DNA of 64,000 bases from a virus (lineage: Duplodnaviria; Caudoviricetes): positions 121 to 64,120 of IMG/VR virus record IMGVR_UViG_3300036857_000386. One strand, 5' to 3'. Numbering within the stretch: position 1 is the first letter of the stretch; each line of letters begins with the position of its first letter. The position numbers and the translations under genes were made by a program. Positions 45,666 to 55,512 of the stretch are shown piece after piece. The notes under the pieces are model-generated. The model did not search any database. It worked only from the letters and a program-made list of their open reading frames with translations, and was not told where the DNA came from.

Positions 45666-46111
45666 CAGTCCAGCCTCGTCAGCGTAAAATTCTCGGACGT
45701 CTGGAAGAAATCGCCGTTGTTGCCGCTCGACAGCACGCCGCCGATGTAGACCATACCATCGGACGGCGCAGTGAACGTCATCGAGATATTGCCCGACGCG
45801 CTGGTGGTGGTTTCGGCGTAGTCATTAGCGGTCAGATTGGCGGTCGACGAAACGCGGTAATAGGTGGTCAGCCCGGCGGTGCCCATGGTGTGCACGGTGT
45901 CGATCCGGTAGGTCTTGTCGGGCACCAACGCGGTGACCTGCCTGCTGATGCGCGGGTTGTCGCTGCCCAGCCGCTCGCAACGCGCCTTGCCGGCGCTGAT
46001 CGGCACCGGTGACACGGTGTTAGTGCCGGCTGCCCACGGCGCGATCATCGGTCCGATAAGCTGGCCGCCGCCCTGGATTTCCTCTTTGTGACGCTGCGAA
46101 CGGGTAACCAT
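45665..46111 (-). CDS. Hypothetical virion protein
   Basis: Coupled ORF; beta-rich. Confidence 0.65.
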   Translation of the reverse strand: MVTRSQRHKEEIQGGGQLIGPMIAPWAAGTNTVSPVPISAGKARCERLGSDNPRISRQVTALVPDKTYRIDTVHTMGTAGLTTYYRVSSTANLTANDYAETTTSASGNISMTFTAPSDGMVYIGGVLSSGNNGDFFQTSENFTLTRLD

Positions 46112-46112
46112 G

Positions 46113-46703
46113 TCAGGCTCCGCTGGTCACCGTCAGCCGACCCTTGGCTTCGAGCGGCGCGGTAAGCTCGTAGGGATTGTCGACGACAATCCGATCGCCA
46201 TCGATCGACAGCACCGCATAGGATCCGTTGACGCCGGTGTTGGTGGTCGCCTCGACCAGCACGGTATCGCCGACCTGGACGTCCGTGCCGGTGGGCACGG
46301 TGAGCGCGATGCCGTCGGGATCGTCCTCGACGAGCACCAGGCTGACGGGACCGATCGGGAAGGCGCGGCCGCCTTCCGGCGGCGGCTCGGTCTCCGGCGG
46401 CGGCTCTTCTGGCTCGACCGGCGGCTCCTCGGGCGAGACCAGCTCTTCCGGGATGGCGCCGGTCAGGCTCGATCCGGCCAGCGGTCCACCGGGCTCGCCG
46501 ATCGGGACTTCGACCTCGGTCAGATCAGGCGGTTCCTCGCGCTCCTGGCCACTGTTGAAAAGCGGCGACCCAACCTTCAGCACGTTAAGCGCTTCGGGAT
46601 CGACCTGCATGGCAATGCCGGGCGCCACCACGCCCTCGGCATGGATCTCGCCGGCTGCCGTGGCGCCATGTTCCCAAAGCATATGCCGTTGCGAACGTCC
46701 CAT
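46113..46703 (-). CDS. Hypothetical acidic virion protein
   Basis: GAGGAGG RBS. Confidence 0.7.
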   Translation of the reverse strand: MGRSQRHMLWEHGATAAGEIHAEGVVAPGIAMQVDPEALNVLKVGSPLFNSGQEREEPPDLTEVEVPIGEPGGPLAGSSLTGAIPEELVSPEEPPVEPEEPPPETEPPPEGGRAFPIGPVSLVLVEDDPDGIALTVPTGTDVQVGDTVLVEATTNTGVNGSYAVLSIDGDRIVVDNPYELTAPLEAKGRLTVTSGA

Positions 46704-46713
46704 GGCTACCTCC

Positions 46714-47655
46714 TCAGAGCTTCATGATGAATGCCAATGCATAATAGGGGATCGCCTCACGCAAGGTCAGCGCGGCAATGGTGTGCGCATGATCGCCGGC
46801 GGTGACCAGCGTATGGGCGTGCGATCCGCCGCCGCCCTGGTTCGACGTCGCGCCGCTGGAAATATCGCACGAGCCTGACACCGAATGAGCATGCGCAGCG
46901 GCGGTCGAGGTCGACGAGGTCAGCACCCAGCCGCTACCGCTCGTGCCTTGCCCGCCGGGGCCGCTGCCCTGGGTCAGGAACGACAGGCCGTTGGCGGCGC
47001 CATGCGCGTGCGCCCCGGCCGCAGCCGCCGTGCCGCTGATCGTGCCGGCCAGCGTGCCGGAGGCATGGGCGTGCGCCGGGATCTGCGAAATCGACAGCAC
47101 CGTGCCGTTGACGGTGTGGACGTGGGCGCCCTTGGTATCGGTGGTGATCGCCGCCCCGGAAGACTTGGCGCCGACCGCCTTGTTGCCGGCGCCGATGATG
47201 AACTTGTCGCGCAGGTCCGGCGTGCCGGAGCCGCCATCGCACAGGTGCCAGCCGGCAAGGTTACCGACGCCGACATCGGCGATCGAGCCTGAATACATCA
47301 TGATCATGCCGCGCGTGAAATTGAGCTGCGGCAGCGCCGACGTGATATCGGTAACAGCCGAGTTGAAGTCGGTGATCTGGCTCGCGGTATGAGTATGCAC
47401 CGTCGGCGCACGCGTCTCGATCTGCACATCGGTGTAGGCGTTGGCCTGGACGACCGCGTCGTCGATATCGGCGAGCAGCGAGACGATGTCGGAAATCAGT
47501 ACGGAGCCAGCCGGGTCGACCGCCGGATCGACGCCCAGCCACAGCGTCCGCGACTGCAGGTCGGCGTAGAGATCGCCGGGGTGCGCCGTGCCCAGCGCGG
47601 GCGGCGAAGCGCTGGCGCGCAGCTTCAGCGAGCTGGGCTTGACGATGGCGTTCAT
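46714..47655 (-). CDS. Tail fibre with collar-like domain and HxH repeats
   Basis: GMIMMYSG...GWHLCDG..GTPDLRDKFIIGAG; ends PYYALAFIMKL. Confidence 0.85.
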   Translation of the reverse strand: MNAIVKPSSLKLRASASPPALGTAHPGDLYADLQSRTLWLGVDPAVDPAGSVLISDIVSLLADIDDAVVQANAYTDVQIETRAPTVHTHTASQITDFNSAVTDITSALPQLNFTRGMIMMYSGSIADVGVGNLAGWHLCDGGSGTPDLRDKFIIGAGNKAVGAKSSGAAITTDTKGAHVHTVNGTVLSISQIPAHAHASGTLAGTISGTAAAAGAHAHGAANGLSFLTQGSGPGGQGTSGSGWVLTSSTSTAAAHAHSVSGSCDISSGATSNQGGGGSHAHTLVTAGDHAHTIAALTLREAIPYYALAFIMKL

Positions 47656-47855
47656 GCTGCACCTGTGCCGGGCTCGCCGCCGGGCGGCGGCACGAACTCG
47701 CCGTCCTTGTAGGAGCAGCCGGGGCCGGCCTTCATCTCGGTGTCCTCGACCATCGTGTAGCCTTGCGGCGGCTTCCACGTCTGCTCGTTGCCGTCCCATT
47801 CGATGACGTTGACGACGATCTGCGAGCCGTCGTCGACCATTGCATAGCGTGCCAT
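47652..47855 (-). CDS. Small tail-fibre-associated protein
   Basis: YA.V.....VVNVIEWDG...AGPG..Y.DGEF. Confidence 0.7.
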   Translation of the reverse strand: MARYAMVDDGSQIVVNVIEWDGNEQTWKPPQGYTMVEDTEMKAGPGCSYKDGEFVPPPGGEPGTGAA

Positions 47856-49318
47856 CAGTGATACTCCGTGATGATGACGCAGCCGTTCGCGCCTGCGCCG
47901 CCTGCCTTCGATCCTGCGCTGAGATTGACTGCCCCGCCACCGCCGCCGCCCGCGCCGTATGACGACGCGGCTGCATTGCCGCCGACGCCGCTGATGACTG
48001 ATGCCGTCGTCGTGATGTAGCTCAGACCGCCGCCGCCGCCCAAATAGGCGGGAGCGCCACGTCCGCTGACACAGGTCATATTAGCGCCGTTGGGGACGAC
48101 CCAACTGTCGCCGCCCCGCTGGCCCTGCATCACCTGATCGAAATTCTCGGGATTGGACGAATAGCCGCCTGTCCCACCTTGGAAAATCGCGCCGGGAGAG
48201 TCCACGCCAGCCGCGCCACCGGTACCGCCGATCACTGACATCGATGGAGTGACACCGTCGCTGTAGCCGGAATTGCCGCCTGCAGTGCCGTTATTGCCAG
48301 CCGAGCCAATAGTACAGGCAGGGGTCATCCCCGGCTGACGGACGATCATTTTCTTGCCGTAGCCACCCGCGCCACCGCCTGATCCAGCCGATCCACGATT
48401 ATTGGCCGATGGATTGGCGCAAGCGCCGCCGCCGCCACCCGCCGCCTGCACCTCGACCAGAAAATACGTGGTACTGGGATCGAGCGTGATCGACCCGCTC
48501 GTGGTGTAGGTCGTCGACTTGATGAACGCCGCAGACGAAGACGGTGCCGCCAGCTTGAAATAATACTCGCGCAGGATGACGACACCCTGAATGCCCGCGC
48601 CGCCGATCTGAGAGGGTTGGCTGGGGCCGTTGCCGCCACCGCCGACACCGGTTCCCCAATTGCTTACGAAGGGCGGTTCGCCCGGCAATCCGCCAGAATT
48701 CACGACATCTCTTTGCTTGGTGGACAGCATCGAGGTGCCGCCGGCACTGGTCATAAACGTGTTGGCGACGCCGTGGGCATTGCGGACGGCATAGCTGGCT
48801 CCGCCGCCCCGGATATTGAGGTCCCCGCCGCTGGCAGTACCACCAGCGCCGCCGCCCACGAAGATGAAGCTCGTGCCCGCGCCGGTCGTCGCGCCAGGCG
48901 CACCACCATTGGCCGACATACCTGAGAAGGTCGACGTGCCACCAGTGCCACCGAGACCACCAGCAGCACCGACCGTGTAGGCGACCGATGCCGGGAGGTT
49001 CGCCGCCGAAAAAAGCTTGGTCGACGTGCCGCCGCCACCGCCACCGCTGTTGGCTGCGTTTGCTCCCGCGCCGGTCGCGGGAACATCGACGCCTCCGCCG
49101 CCGCCGCCGACGATGGTCACCTCCAGATAAGTCAGCGCGCCGGACTTCGTCCACGTTCCCGACGTGGTCAGCACCGACTGCACGATCTCGACATCGACCG
49201 GCGTCGAGGTGCCGAGCATGCGCCATGTGCTCGACGCGGCGTTCCAGATGTAGCTCGGCCCGCCTGCGGGGCTGAATTTCTGGCCGTCAGAGGGTGAGGC
49301 GGGGAAGTCGAACGCCAT
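47855..49318 (-). CDS. Glycine-rich tail fibre protein (two Gly-rich domains)
   Basis: MAFDFPASP; two GGGGGG...G.VII.EY modules. Confidence 0.8.
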   Translation of the reverse strand: MAFDFPASPSDGQKFSPAGGPSYIWNAASSTWRMLGTSTPVDVEIVQSVLTTSGTWTKSGALTYLEVTIVGGGGGGVDVPATGAGANAANSGGGGGGTSTKLFSAANLPASVAYTVGAAGGLGGTGGTSTFSGMSANGGAPGATTGAGTSFIFVGGGAGGTASGGDLNIRGGGASYAVRNAHGVANTFMTSAGGTSMLSTKQRDVVNSGGLPGEPPFVSNWGTGVGGGGNGPSQPSQIGGAGIQGVVILREYYFKLAAPSSSAAFIKSTTYTTSGSITLDPSTTYFLVEVQAAGGGGGACANPSANNRGSAGSGGGAGGYGKKMIVRQPGMTPACTIGSAGNNGTAGGNSGYSDGVTPSMSVIGGTGGAAGVDSPGAIFQGGTGGYSSNPENFDQVMQGQRGGDSWVVPNGANMTCVSGRGAPAYLGGGGGLSYITTTASVISGVGGNAAASSYGAGGGGGGAVNLSAGSKAGGAGANGCVIITEYH

Positions 49319-51624
49319 CAGAGCCTCGCGCTCGCTTTAATGTTGGAAACACTACAGCCAGTGCCGACACCAACCGTATCGCAGAACGCGGTCCAGACTG
49401 TCGCAGTGCCGGAAGAAATAGCCTGATTGGAGCCTGTGGAAATAGTCCCGGTTATGGTGGGCGCAGCCCGCATCGGAACGGGGTGCGTATCTTGGCGCTG
49501 TCGCCGCGTGAAATCCTGAACGTAGGCGTACATCAGCCTGCCGCTGTCGTCCCGCCAATAGTAGCGCTGGCAGCGGCGCAGTTCGTCGCCAATGTCCGGT
49601 GTTTCGAAGCGCGGGGCCCTGCCGGTGCTTTCCGGGTCGGCGTAGAGGCCAACCTGACCGATCCTGAAATCGTTGCCAGCGGCGCCCCAGCCATTGCTGA
49701 TGCCAGCTCCCGCAAGGAAATTGCCGCTGGCCCATGCATTGGGCGACGGCGAATGGTAGGTCGAACCCATTGCGAGGGCCAAGGTGAGGTAGCCGCCTAT
49801 CGAATTATCGTTAGGCCACGTCCCACCCGTGCAGGCCGGAATAGGGATTTCGATCTCGTACCACTGGTTGGCCGCAGCCAGCGTGAACGATGCGACGAAC
49901 GACACGGATGGCACACTGTCGCGAAGAGCAATGAAGTAAGTGCCGGGAGCGTTGATGGTCAGCGCCGAGAAGCGCAGCACCGCCGGGATCGCCTGCGACG
50001 TGCCCCACTGCAGGTCGGCGATCATCTGGCCTTCCAGCTTCTGGCCTATATAGAGGCTGTCGGTAGCTGCAATCGACGTATCGGCGGTGCCGATGAGGAC
50101 GCGAGCCGTCTGACGCGGGTAGGACGCCGTGATCGACTGCGAAAACGTAGCCGTGCCGCCGCCGCCTAAGCCCGCATACCACTGATCGGCGAAGTAACCC
50201 GTCGAGGTCGAGGTCGAGGTCTGCTCCTGCGCAATCTGGAAGGCCGGATTGACGATGCGGTTGCGCGTCGTGGCGGTCTTGCTCTCGGCGATGTCGGTGA
50301 CGTTCTGCTGCACCCACTGCCCCGGCGCGCCGCCGGGGTCGACGTAGTAGAGGAACGTGTTGCCGGTATCGCTTTCCCACCAAAGCTGACCGTTCTGCAG
50401 CGCGCCGGTCGGCGCGGTGTCGGAGACGATGGCACCGCCGACGATGGTCGACCACGCGCCGTTCTTGCGACCATAGGTGAAGCCGTCGCTCGGCGCGTCG
50501 GTCAGGTAGGCCTGCGCCTTGACGAACGCCGTCGTGGCGATCGACGTGTCGTTGTCGGCAGTCGCGGGCGTCGGCGCCTTGGGATCGCCGGTGAAGGTCG
50601 GCGAGGCGATGTTGGCCTTGCCGGTCTGCAGCGCCGCGATGTCGCTACTGTTCTGGTTGATCGCGTTGGTCTGGCCGGTATTGATATTTTCGATGCTGGT
50701 CAGCCGGCCGTCCTGCGCGGTGTTGACGCCCTCGACCGCCGTCAGCCGATTGTCCTGCGCGGTGTCCTTCGCTTCGACCGCCGTCAGCCGGCTGTCCTGC
50801 GTCGTGTTGAGCGTCTCGACCGCCGTCAGCCGATTGTTCTGCGTGGTGTTGAGACTCTCGATCGCGTCGAGCCGGCCATCCTGCGCGACGTTCTTGGTCT
50901 CGTTGGTGGTGATGCGAGTATCCTGCGCATCGTTGACCGATTCGGCTGTCGACATGCGGTCGAGCAGGTCGGCGACGTCGGCCGCCGTGCCGAAATGATC
51001 CGAGTTGAGCCCGTCGAGCAGATCGGCATCAAGGCCGCTGCCCTCGCCGTCGACGGTGATCAGCTTGGCCAGCACCTGCTCGGGCGTGTCGGTCAACGCT
51101 GTCGACGGCGCCCAGGCGCCGGACTGGCGCACATAGGCCGTGCCGTCGAGCGGCGCCTCACCGGGCGGCAAGGCATCGGCGTAAGCCTTTGTCACGGCTT
51201 CGCTTGGATCGGTCGGCGCCGCGGTTGGCAGGATCAGCGGCCCGGTCATGGTGTCGCCGGCCACGTCGACGAACTTCGCGTCAGCCTCGCTCTCGGTGTA
51301 GCCAACGGTATTGAACAGCTCCGCCATCGTCGCGGCAGTGAGCCGATTGGAAACGGTCGCGCCCAGAAGGAAATTTTGCGCAACCGTTCCCTCCTGGGCG
51401 CGCTGCACGGTCAAGATGTCGCCCGAGCGTGCCGTGCATTTCATGATCTCGATCTGCCCGGAGCGGCGATCCTCGACGGTGACGAAGAAGAAATCCGGGT
51501 CGGTCGGACTAGGAAATTTCGCGCCGTGGCCGTCCTGCACGCGGATCGTCGTCGAGGCCGACGGCGTGTCCTGGTAGAGCCGCGACGAAGCATTGTTAGC
51601 AAACAGGACGTTCATCGTGGTCAC
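49318..51624 (-). CDS. Tail fibre with 14-aa coiled-coil repeats
   Basis: FANNASS.L N-terminus; QDxRLTAVE repeats; EL.RCQRYY; GTG start with GAGGG RBS. Confidence 0.85.
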   Translation of the reverse strand: MTTMNVLFANNASSRLYQDTPSASTTIRVQDGHGAKFPSPTDPDFFFVTVEDRRSGQIEIMKCTARSGDILTVQRAQEGTVAQNFLLGATVSNRLTAATMAELFNTVGYTESEADAKFVDVAGDTMTGPLILPTAAPTDPSEAVTKAYADALPPGEAPLDGTAYVRQSGAWAPSTALTDTPEQVLAKLITVDGEGSGLDADLLDGLNSDHFGTAADVADLLDRMSTAESVNDAQDTRITTNETKNVAQDGRLDAIESLNTTQNNRLTAVETLNTTQDSRLTAVEAKDTAQDNRLTAVEGVNTAQDGRLTSIENINTGQTNAINQNSSDIAALQTGKANIASPTFTGDPKAPTPATADNDTSIATTAFVKAQAYLTDAPSDGFTYGRKNGAWSTIVGGAIVSDTAPTGALQNGQLWWESDTGNTFLYYVDPGGAPGQWVQQNVTDIAESKTATTRNRIVNPAFQIAQEQTSTSTSTGYFADQWYAGLGGGGTATFSQSITASYPRQTARVLIGTADTSIAATDSLYIGQKLEGQMIADLQWGTSQAIPAVLRFSALTINAPGTYFIALRDSVPSVSFVASFTLAAANQWYEIEIPIPACTGGTWPNDNSIGGYLTLALAMGSTYHSPSPNAWASGNFLAGAGISNGWGAAGNDFRIGQVGLYADPESTGRAPRFETPDIGDELRRCQRYYWRDDSGRLMYAYVQDFTRRQRQDTHPVPMRAAPTITGTISTGSNQAISSGTATVWTAFCDTVGVGTGCSVSNIKASARL
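50640..50960 (-). repeat. ~7 degenerate 42-bp repeats (xNTxQDxRLTAVEx)
   Basis: CGACCGCCGTCAGCCG recurs at 42-bp spacing. Confidence 0.8.
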
Positions 51625-51917
51625 GGCAGCACCCTCAATCCCAGATCGTCGCGCTTGACCTGTCCCTGGTCGGTCCGCACCACCATCTGCAGCGTGTAGT
51701 TGGTGTTGCCGACGCCGCCGCCGACGAACATCGCCAGCTTCTTGTTGGTGGTGTCGGTGTAGGCGACGCTCATCGAGACCGGCGCGTCTTCCGTGAATGG
51801 ACTGACGGTCACCTGGAAGTCGGTCAGCACCTCTGTCTCGCCGAGCCAGCACGAATAGTCGAGATAGAGCCGACGGCGCTCGACTGTGGTCTTGCGGAAG
51901 CTCTTGATAACGCTCAT
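51621..51917 (-). CDS. Fibre-tail adaptor-like small protein
   Basis: K...E.....DYS.WL...GG.....Y......T..G. Confidence 0.7.
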   Translation of the reverse strand: MSVIKSFRKTTVERRRLYLDYSCWLGETEVLTDFQVTVSPFTEDAPVSMSVAYTDTTNKKLAMFVGGGVGNTNYTLQMVVRTDQGQVKRDDLGLRVLP

Positions 51918-52195
51918 GCCGCCTTCCTGATCACGATGGTCTCGGGCTCGGCCGGGAATACGACAGCGGTGTTCTCGCACGGCACCACGTAGTCGGCGCA
52001 GCCGTCGAACACTTCGAGCAGCTCCTCGGTCATGATGACGATCTGCTTCGGCTCGAAGGTGTCGAACAGCATTGGCCAGATGGGCTCGTTGACGCCCGGC
52101 CCATTCATCTCGTCACCATTGAGATCCCAAGAATCGTAACCGGCGGGCAGGATCGGCTGACCGTAATAGCTGAGCTTGGGATCGGGGACGCTCAT
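51914..52195 (-). CDS. Hypothetical virion-module protein
   Basis: Overlaps the next start (ATGA). Confidence 0.6.
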   Translation of the reverse strand: MSVPDPKLSYYGQPILPAGYDSWDLNGDEMNGPGVNEPIWPMLFDTFEPKQIVIMTEELLEVFDGCADYVVPCENTAVVFPAEPETIVIRKAA

Positions 52196-52230
52196 GGACA
52201 AGCCCCCAACCAACCACTATTGTAACCACT

Positions 52231-52710
52231 ATGAAGATCAAGCCTCTGCCATCTCAAACCCGCTTGCTCGAACTCCTCGATTACGACCCTCGTACTGGGG
52301 TTCTCCGTTGGAAAGTTCGTCGCGGCATGGCCCGCGCTGGCTCTATAGCTGGCCATAAAGACCTCCGTAGAATCCGCGTCTACATCGACAATAAACCGTA
52401 CACTGCCCATGCTTTGATCTGGAAAATGGTCACTGGCCACGACCCAATTTTTATAGTCGACCACCGCAATACCGACCCGTTCGACAACCGCTGGGTCAAC
52501 CTTCGTGAATCGGGTGCCACTGACAACGCCGGCAACCGAAACTGCAACAAAATCCACAGCACTGGTTTCAAAGGCGTGCGCCGCCATCGGCGTAAGTTCT
52601 ACGCTCGTTGCAACGGCAAATTCCTGGGCATGTTCAACACTGCCCCGGAAGCCCATGCTGCTTATGTCGCTGCGGCTAAACAGCATTTCGGTCCTTTCTT
52701 TAGGCCCTAA
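52231..52710 (+). mobile_element. Free-standing HNH homing endonuclease (HNH plus AP2-like), inserted antisense in the late operon
   Basis: L.YDP.TG.L.W, VDHRN....DNR..NLR, GFKGV, LG.F.T..EA..AY; lower GC. Confidence 0.85.
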
Positions 52711-53116
52711 ACCAGCCGCGTTGGGCGAGCCAATCCGGCTGCGCGATCAGGTCTGCCCCGTTTGGGGTAAACGGCAGTTCGAAGGCATCGTCGATGAACA
52801 GGATCAGCTCGGAATTGTCCTGCACGGCGGGATCGCGCTTGACCATCAGGAAATGCGTGATGTCGGGTCCGACCGGCACCGCAGGGATCACCACCTGGTT
52901 GGTCTGCGCCGTGCCGTCGGCGGCCGCGGTCTTCGAGGTGATGGCCAGCGACCAGCCGCTTTCCACCGCGCCGCGTGCCTTGAACTGCGACACCGTCGAA
53001 TCGGTCTCGATGAACACCGGCGTGCCGGAGAAGGCGACCAGGCGGATGTCCGCGCCGATCCAGTCGAAGTTGCCGACCAGGAGATTGTAGCGCGAGATAT
53101 TGAAGATCGAATTCAT
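52700..53116 (-). CDS. Hypothetical virion protein
   Basis: GGAGG RBS; ATGA coupling. Confidence 0.7.
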   Translation of the reverse strand: MNSIFNISRYNLLVGNFDWIGADIRLVAFSGTPVFIETDSTVSQFKARGAVESGWSLAITSKTAAADGTAQTNQVVIPAVPVGPDITHFLMVKRDPAVQDNSELILFIDDAFELPFTPNGADLIAQPDWLAQRGWFRA

Positions 53117-53844
53117 GTCCAGCCTCCGACCCTCGGGAAGCGCCAGGCCGGCACGTTGTAGACCAGGCCGCGCATCGCCTCCTGCTTGCGGAATGCCATC
53201 TTGTTGCGGAATTTCTTGAGGTGGAACTGCGCGTGGGTCGGCGACGTCCATGGCTTGGCGGGGATGCCGTACATGCGGCCGAGCACGCCGTTCAGCCAAT
53301 CCTCGAAGAACAGGTCGAACATCCACTCGGGCAGGTTCCAGTCGCCGCAGTCGCACTCCAGGCAGCTCCTCGACACGGTCAGCGCCATGATGATCGCGAA
53401 CGGATAGGTCGGCTGCTGCTCGGTCGGTTCGTTGATGATCTGGATGTAGTCGGGCCGGTAGACGGCGTAGCTGAAGATATTGCTGGTATCGATATCGGTG
53501 ACGGCCGGATGGAAGCTGGCGTCGCCGTCGGGGAAATACTGCTCGTAGCTCAGCCGCCCGAGCGAGGCCTGCGCCGTCGAGGTGCCGGAAGCGGACGGCA
53601 CCGGCGTCGAGTTGTAGCTCGCCGACAACATACGTACGAACGCCGCCCCAGACGGCAGCACCAGGTCGTACTGGCCGGAGCCGTTAAGCTCGATGTCCTG
53701 GCTCTCCTGCCAGGTGTTGGTGCGCCGCAGGAACTCGTCGACGACGTTGAAGAGCTGCAGCTCCAGCATGTCGTCGGTAGCGCCGGGGACCTGGGTCCGC
53801 AGCGTCTGCATGAGCCGGTCGGTGGGAGCGCAGGCGTCAGCCAT
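53113..53844 (-). CDS. Head-tail adaptor (tail tubular A-like)
   Basis: VPGA....EF...T..W; G.L.RM..IP.KPWT. Confidence 0.7.
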   Translation of the reverse strand: MADACAPTDRLMQTLRTQVPGATDDMLELQLFNVVDEFLRRTNTWQESQDIELNGSGQYDLVLPSGAAFVRMLSASYNSTPVPSASGTSTAQASLGRLSYEQYFPDGDASFHPAVTDIDTSNIFSYAVYRPDYIQIINEPTEQQPTYPFAIIMALTVSRSCLECDCGDWNLPEWMFDLFFEDWLNGVLGRMYGIPAKPWTSPTHAQFHLKKFRNKMAFRKQEAMRGLVYNVPAWRFPRVGGWT

Positions 53845-54031
53845 CGGCGGGCTCCTCGTCGAACATCAGGAACGCGACGACGTCATCGCTTTCGCCGGTG
53901 TGCTCCCAGCGAAGCGACGACGCGCGGCGGCCACGGCTCTCCAGGCCGTCCCGAAAACGCACGAGCACAGTGGCATCAGGATCGACAGGCAGGTCCTGGC
54001 TCCCATCCCATTCTCTCCAGCCCGGCATCAT
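53837..54031 (-). CDS. Hypothetical protein
   Basis: GGAGGAG RBS; W.H.G...D.VA. Confidence 0.6.
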   Translation of the reverse strand: MMPGWREWDGSQDLPVDPDATVLVRFRDGLESRGRRASSLRWEHTGESDDVVAFLMFDEEPADG

Positions 54032-54038
54032 CTCCTCC

Positions 54039-54404
54039 TCACGCCGTCGTCAACAGCTGCTGCGCGAACTTCTGCAGGAGTGCGGCGGCCCGTGAATCCA
54101 CGGTCGGCTCGTCGTCCCGCAGCTGCAGACGGCCGACAACGTAATAGATCAGCGCTGGCCGGTACATCGGGTCCATGGTCACCGTGGCGGCGCGGTCGAT
54201 GGTGCCGGTCGCGTCGGTCCACGGCAGCTCGAACATCGGCAGGAAGAGGTCCGCCCTGAGGCGACGGACCTCCTGCATGCCGATGTTGAGGGCGTCGACG
54301 AGATCGTCGTCGGGGTAGCGGTACGGCGCGAACTCGTCCTGCAGCAACCGACGCGATTCGTCGATGTACTGACCAAGCGTTTCGAGCGCGCTCGAAGTCG
54401 GCAT
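54039..54404 (-). CDS. Head completion/adaptor protein
   Basis: R.LLQD....RY.DD.L...LN; directly after the MCP. Confidence 0.7.
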   Translation of the reverse strand: MPTSSALETLGQYIDESRRLLQDEFAPYRYPDDDLVDALNIGMQEVRRLRADLFLPMFELPWTDATGTIDRAATVTMDPMYRPALIYYVVGRLQLRDDEPTVDSRAAALLQKFAQQLLTTA

Positions 54405-54470
54405 GGGCGTCTCTCCCGGCGCCTGACGCGTCTCCAACCACGCCGGGCGCTGCTCCCGGTGGCGAGCCTA

Positions 54471-55484
54471 TCAGCCCGGCGTGACGATCGCCTGCGCGAG
54501 CGCCGTTCCGTCGAGCACCTTGGCACCGTAGACCTGCAGGCCGCGCAGGATCTGGCCGAAAGTCATTTCAGAGCGCAGAGTCTCAACTTTATTTATCTGA
54601 CTTGCAAAAGTCAGTGCATGTTGAGTGCCCGCGTAAATAACCCATTCTCCAGCTGCTAGTCCTGCTGCAGTTCCACTTGGTAACAAGTTGCTGACATAGA
54701 TGGTGAAGCGATCGACCATGCCGAGCCGTCCGTTTCTGAGGATCGACGTGCCGTCGCCGGTCAGCGAGGCGTCGCGCAGCTCCGACATCTTGATCTGCGA
54801 GGACACCCACGCCGGCAGCACGACCCAGCGGCCGGTCTCCGGGATGTTCTGCTCGTCGAGCACCTGGCCGAGGCGCACGAGCAGATCGACGATCTCAACC
54901 TTGCCGGCGGTGCCGGCCGGGTTGCGAGCGACGATCTGCAACGGCGTCCCGGTGACACCCAGATTGACGTTCTGCGAAATCTTGCCTGCCGTGGTGCCGC
55001 GGTTCTGCGGGGCGGCTTGCCCGAGCAGACCCTTGAGCACCTCGGTGTCGACGACGATCTTGAACTGCTGGGCGGCGTCGTCCGACCACATGTTCATCAT
55101 GTTGAGGTCGGACTGCACCTCGTAGACGTCGTCGAGGATCAGGTTGAAATACTTGCCCTTGTCGATCTTCAACTCGATGATGTTCGAAGCGGGGCGCTCG
55201 ATGTCGAGCAGGCCGTCGGCCTTGTAATCCTTGATGGTGATGGTCGGCTTGGTGCGGATGACGACGGTGTCGCCCTTGTTCTTGATCTCGCCTTCGTAGT
55301 CGGTGTTCGAGATCGCTGCCAGCACCGTCGAGGCGTAGAACTTCTCGATCAGCTTGGTCGACCACAGCACCGGGATGAAGGTGCCGGAATAGGCCGGAGT
55401 GGGTGTGGTTGCCCCTGTCGGGTAGATGGGTGGCGTGGTGCCGGCACCGGCTACCGGAAAGCCACCAGTGGTGGTGTATGCCAT
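54471..55484 (-). CDS. Major capsid protein (P22-coat/HK97-fold type)
   Basis: FIPVLWS.KL...FY, NTDYEGEI...GDTV.I, RGLQVYG.KV. Confidence 0.9.
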   Translation of the reverse strand: MAYTTTGGFPVAGAGTTPPIYPTGATTPTPAYSGTFIPVLWSTKLIEKFYASTVLAAISNTDYEGEIKNKGDTVVIRTKPTITIKDYKADGLLDIERPASNIIELKIDKGKYFNLILDDVYEVQSDLNMMNMWSDDAAQQFKIVVDTEVLKGLLGQAAPQNRGTTAGKISQNVNLGVTGTPLQIVARNPAGTAGKVEIVDLLVRLGQVLDEQNIPETGRWVVLPAWVSSQIKMSELRDASLTGDGTSILRNGRLGMVDRFTIYVSNLLPSGTAAGLAAGEWVIYAGTQHALTFASQINKVETLRSEMTFGQILRGLQVYGAKVLDGTALAQAIVTPG

Positions 55485-55512
55485 GGCGATCCTCGCTTCT
55501 TGCTAAAGCGCG

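Noticed and set aside
46714-51624. Diversity-generating retroelement acting on tail fibres
   Set aside because: No reverse transcriptase and no template/variable repeat pair seen
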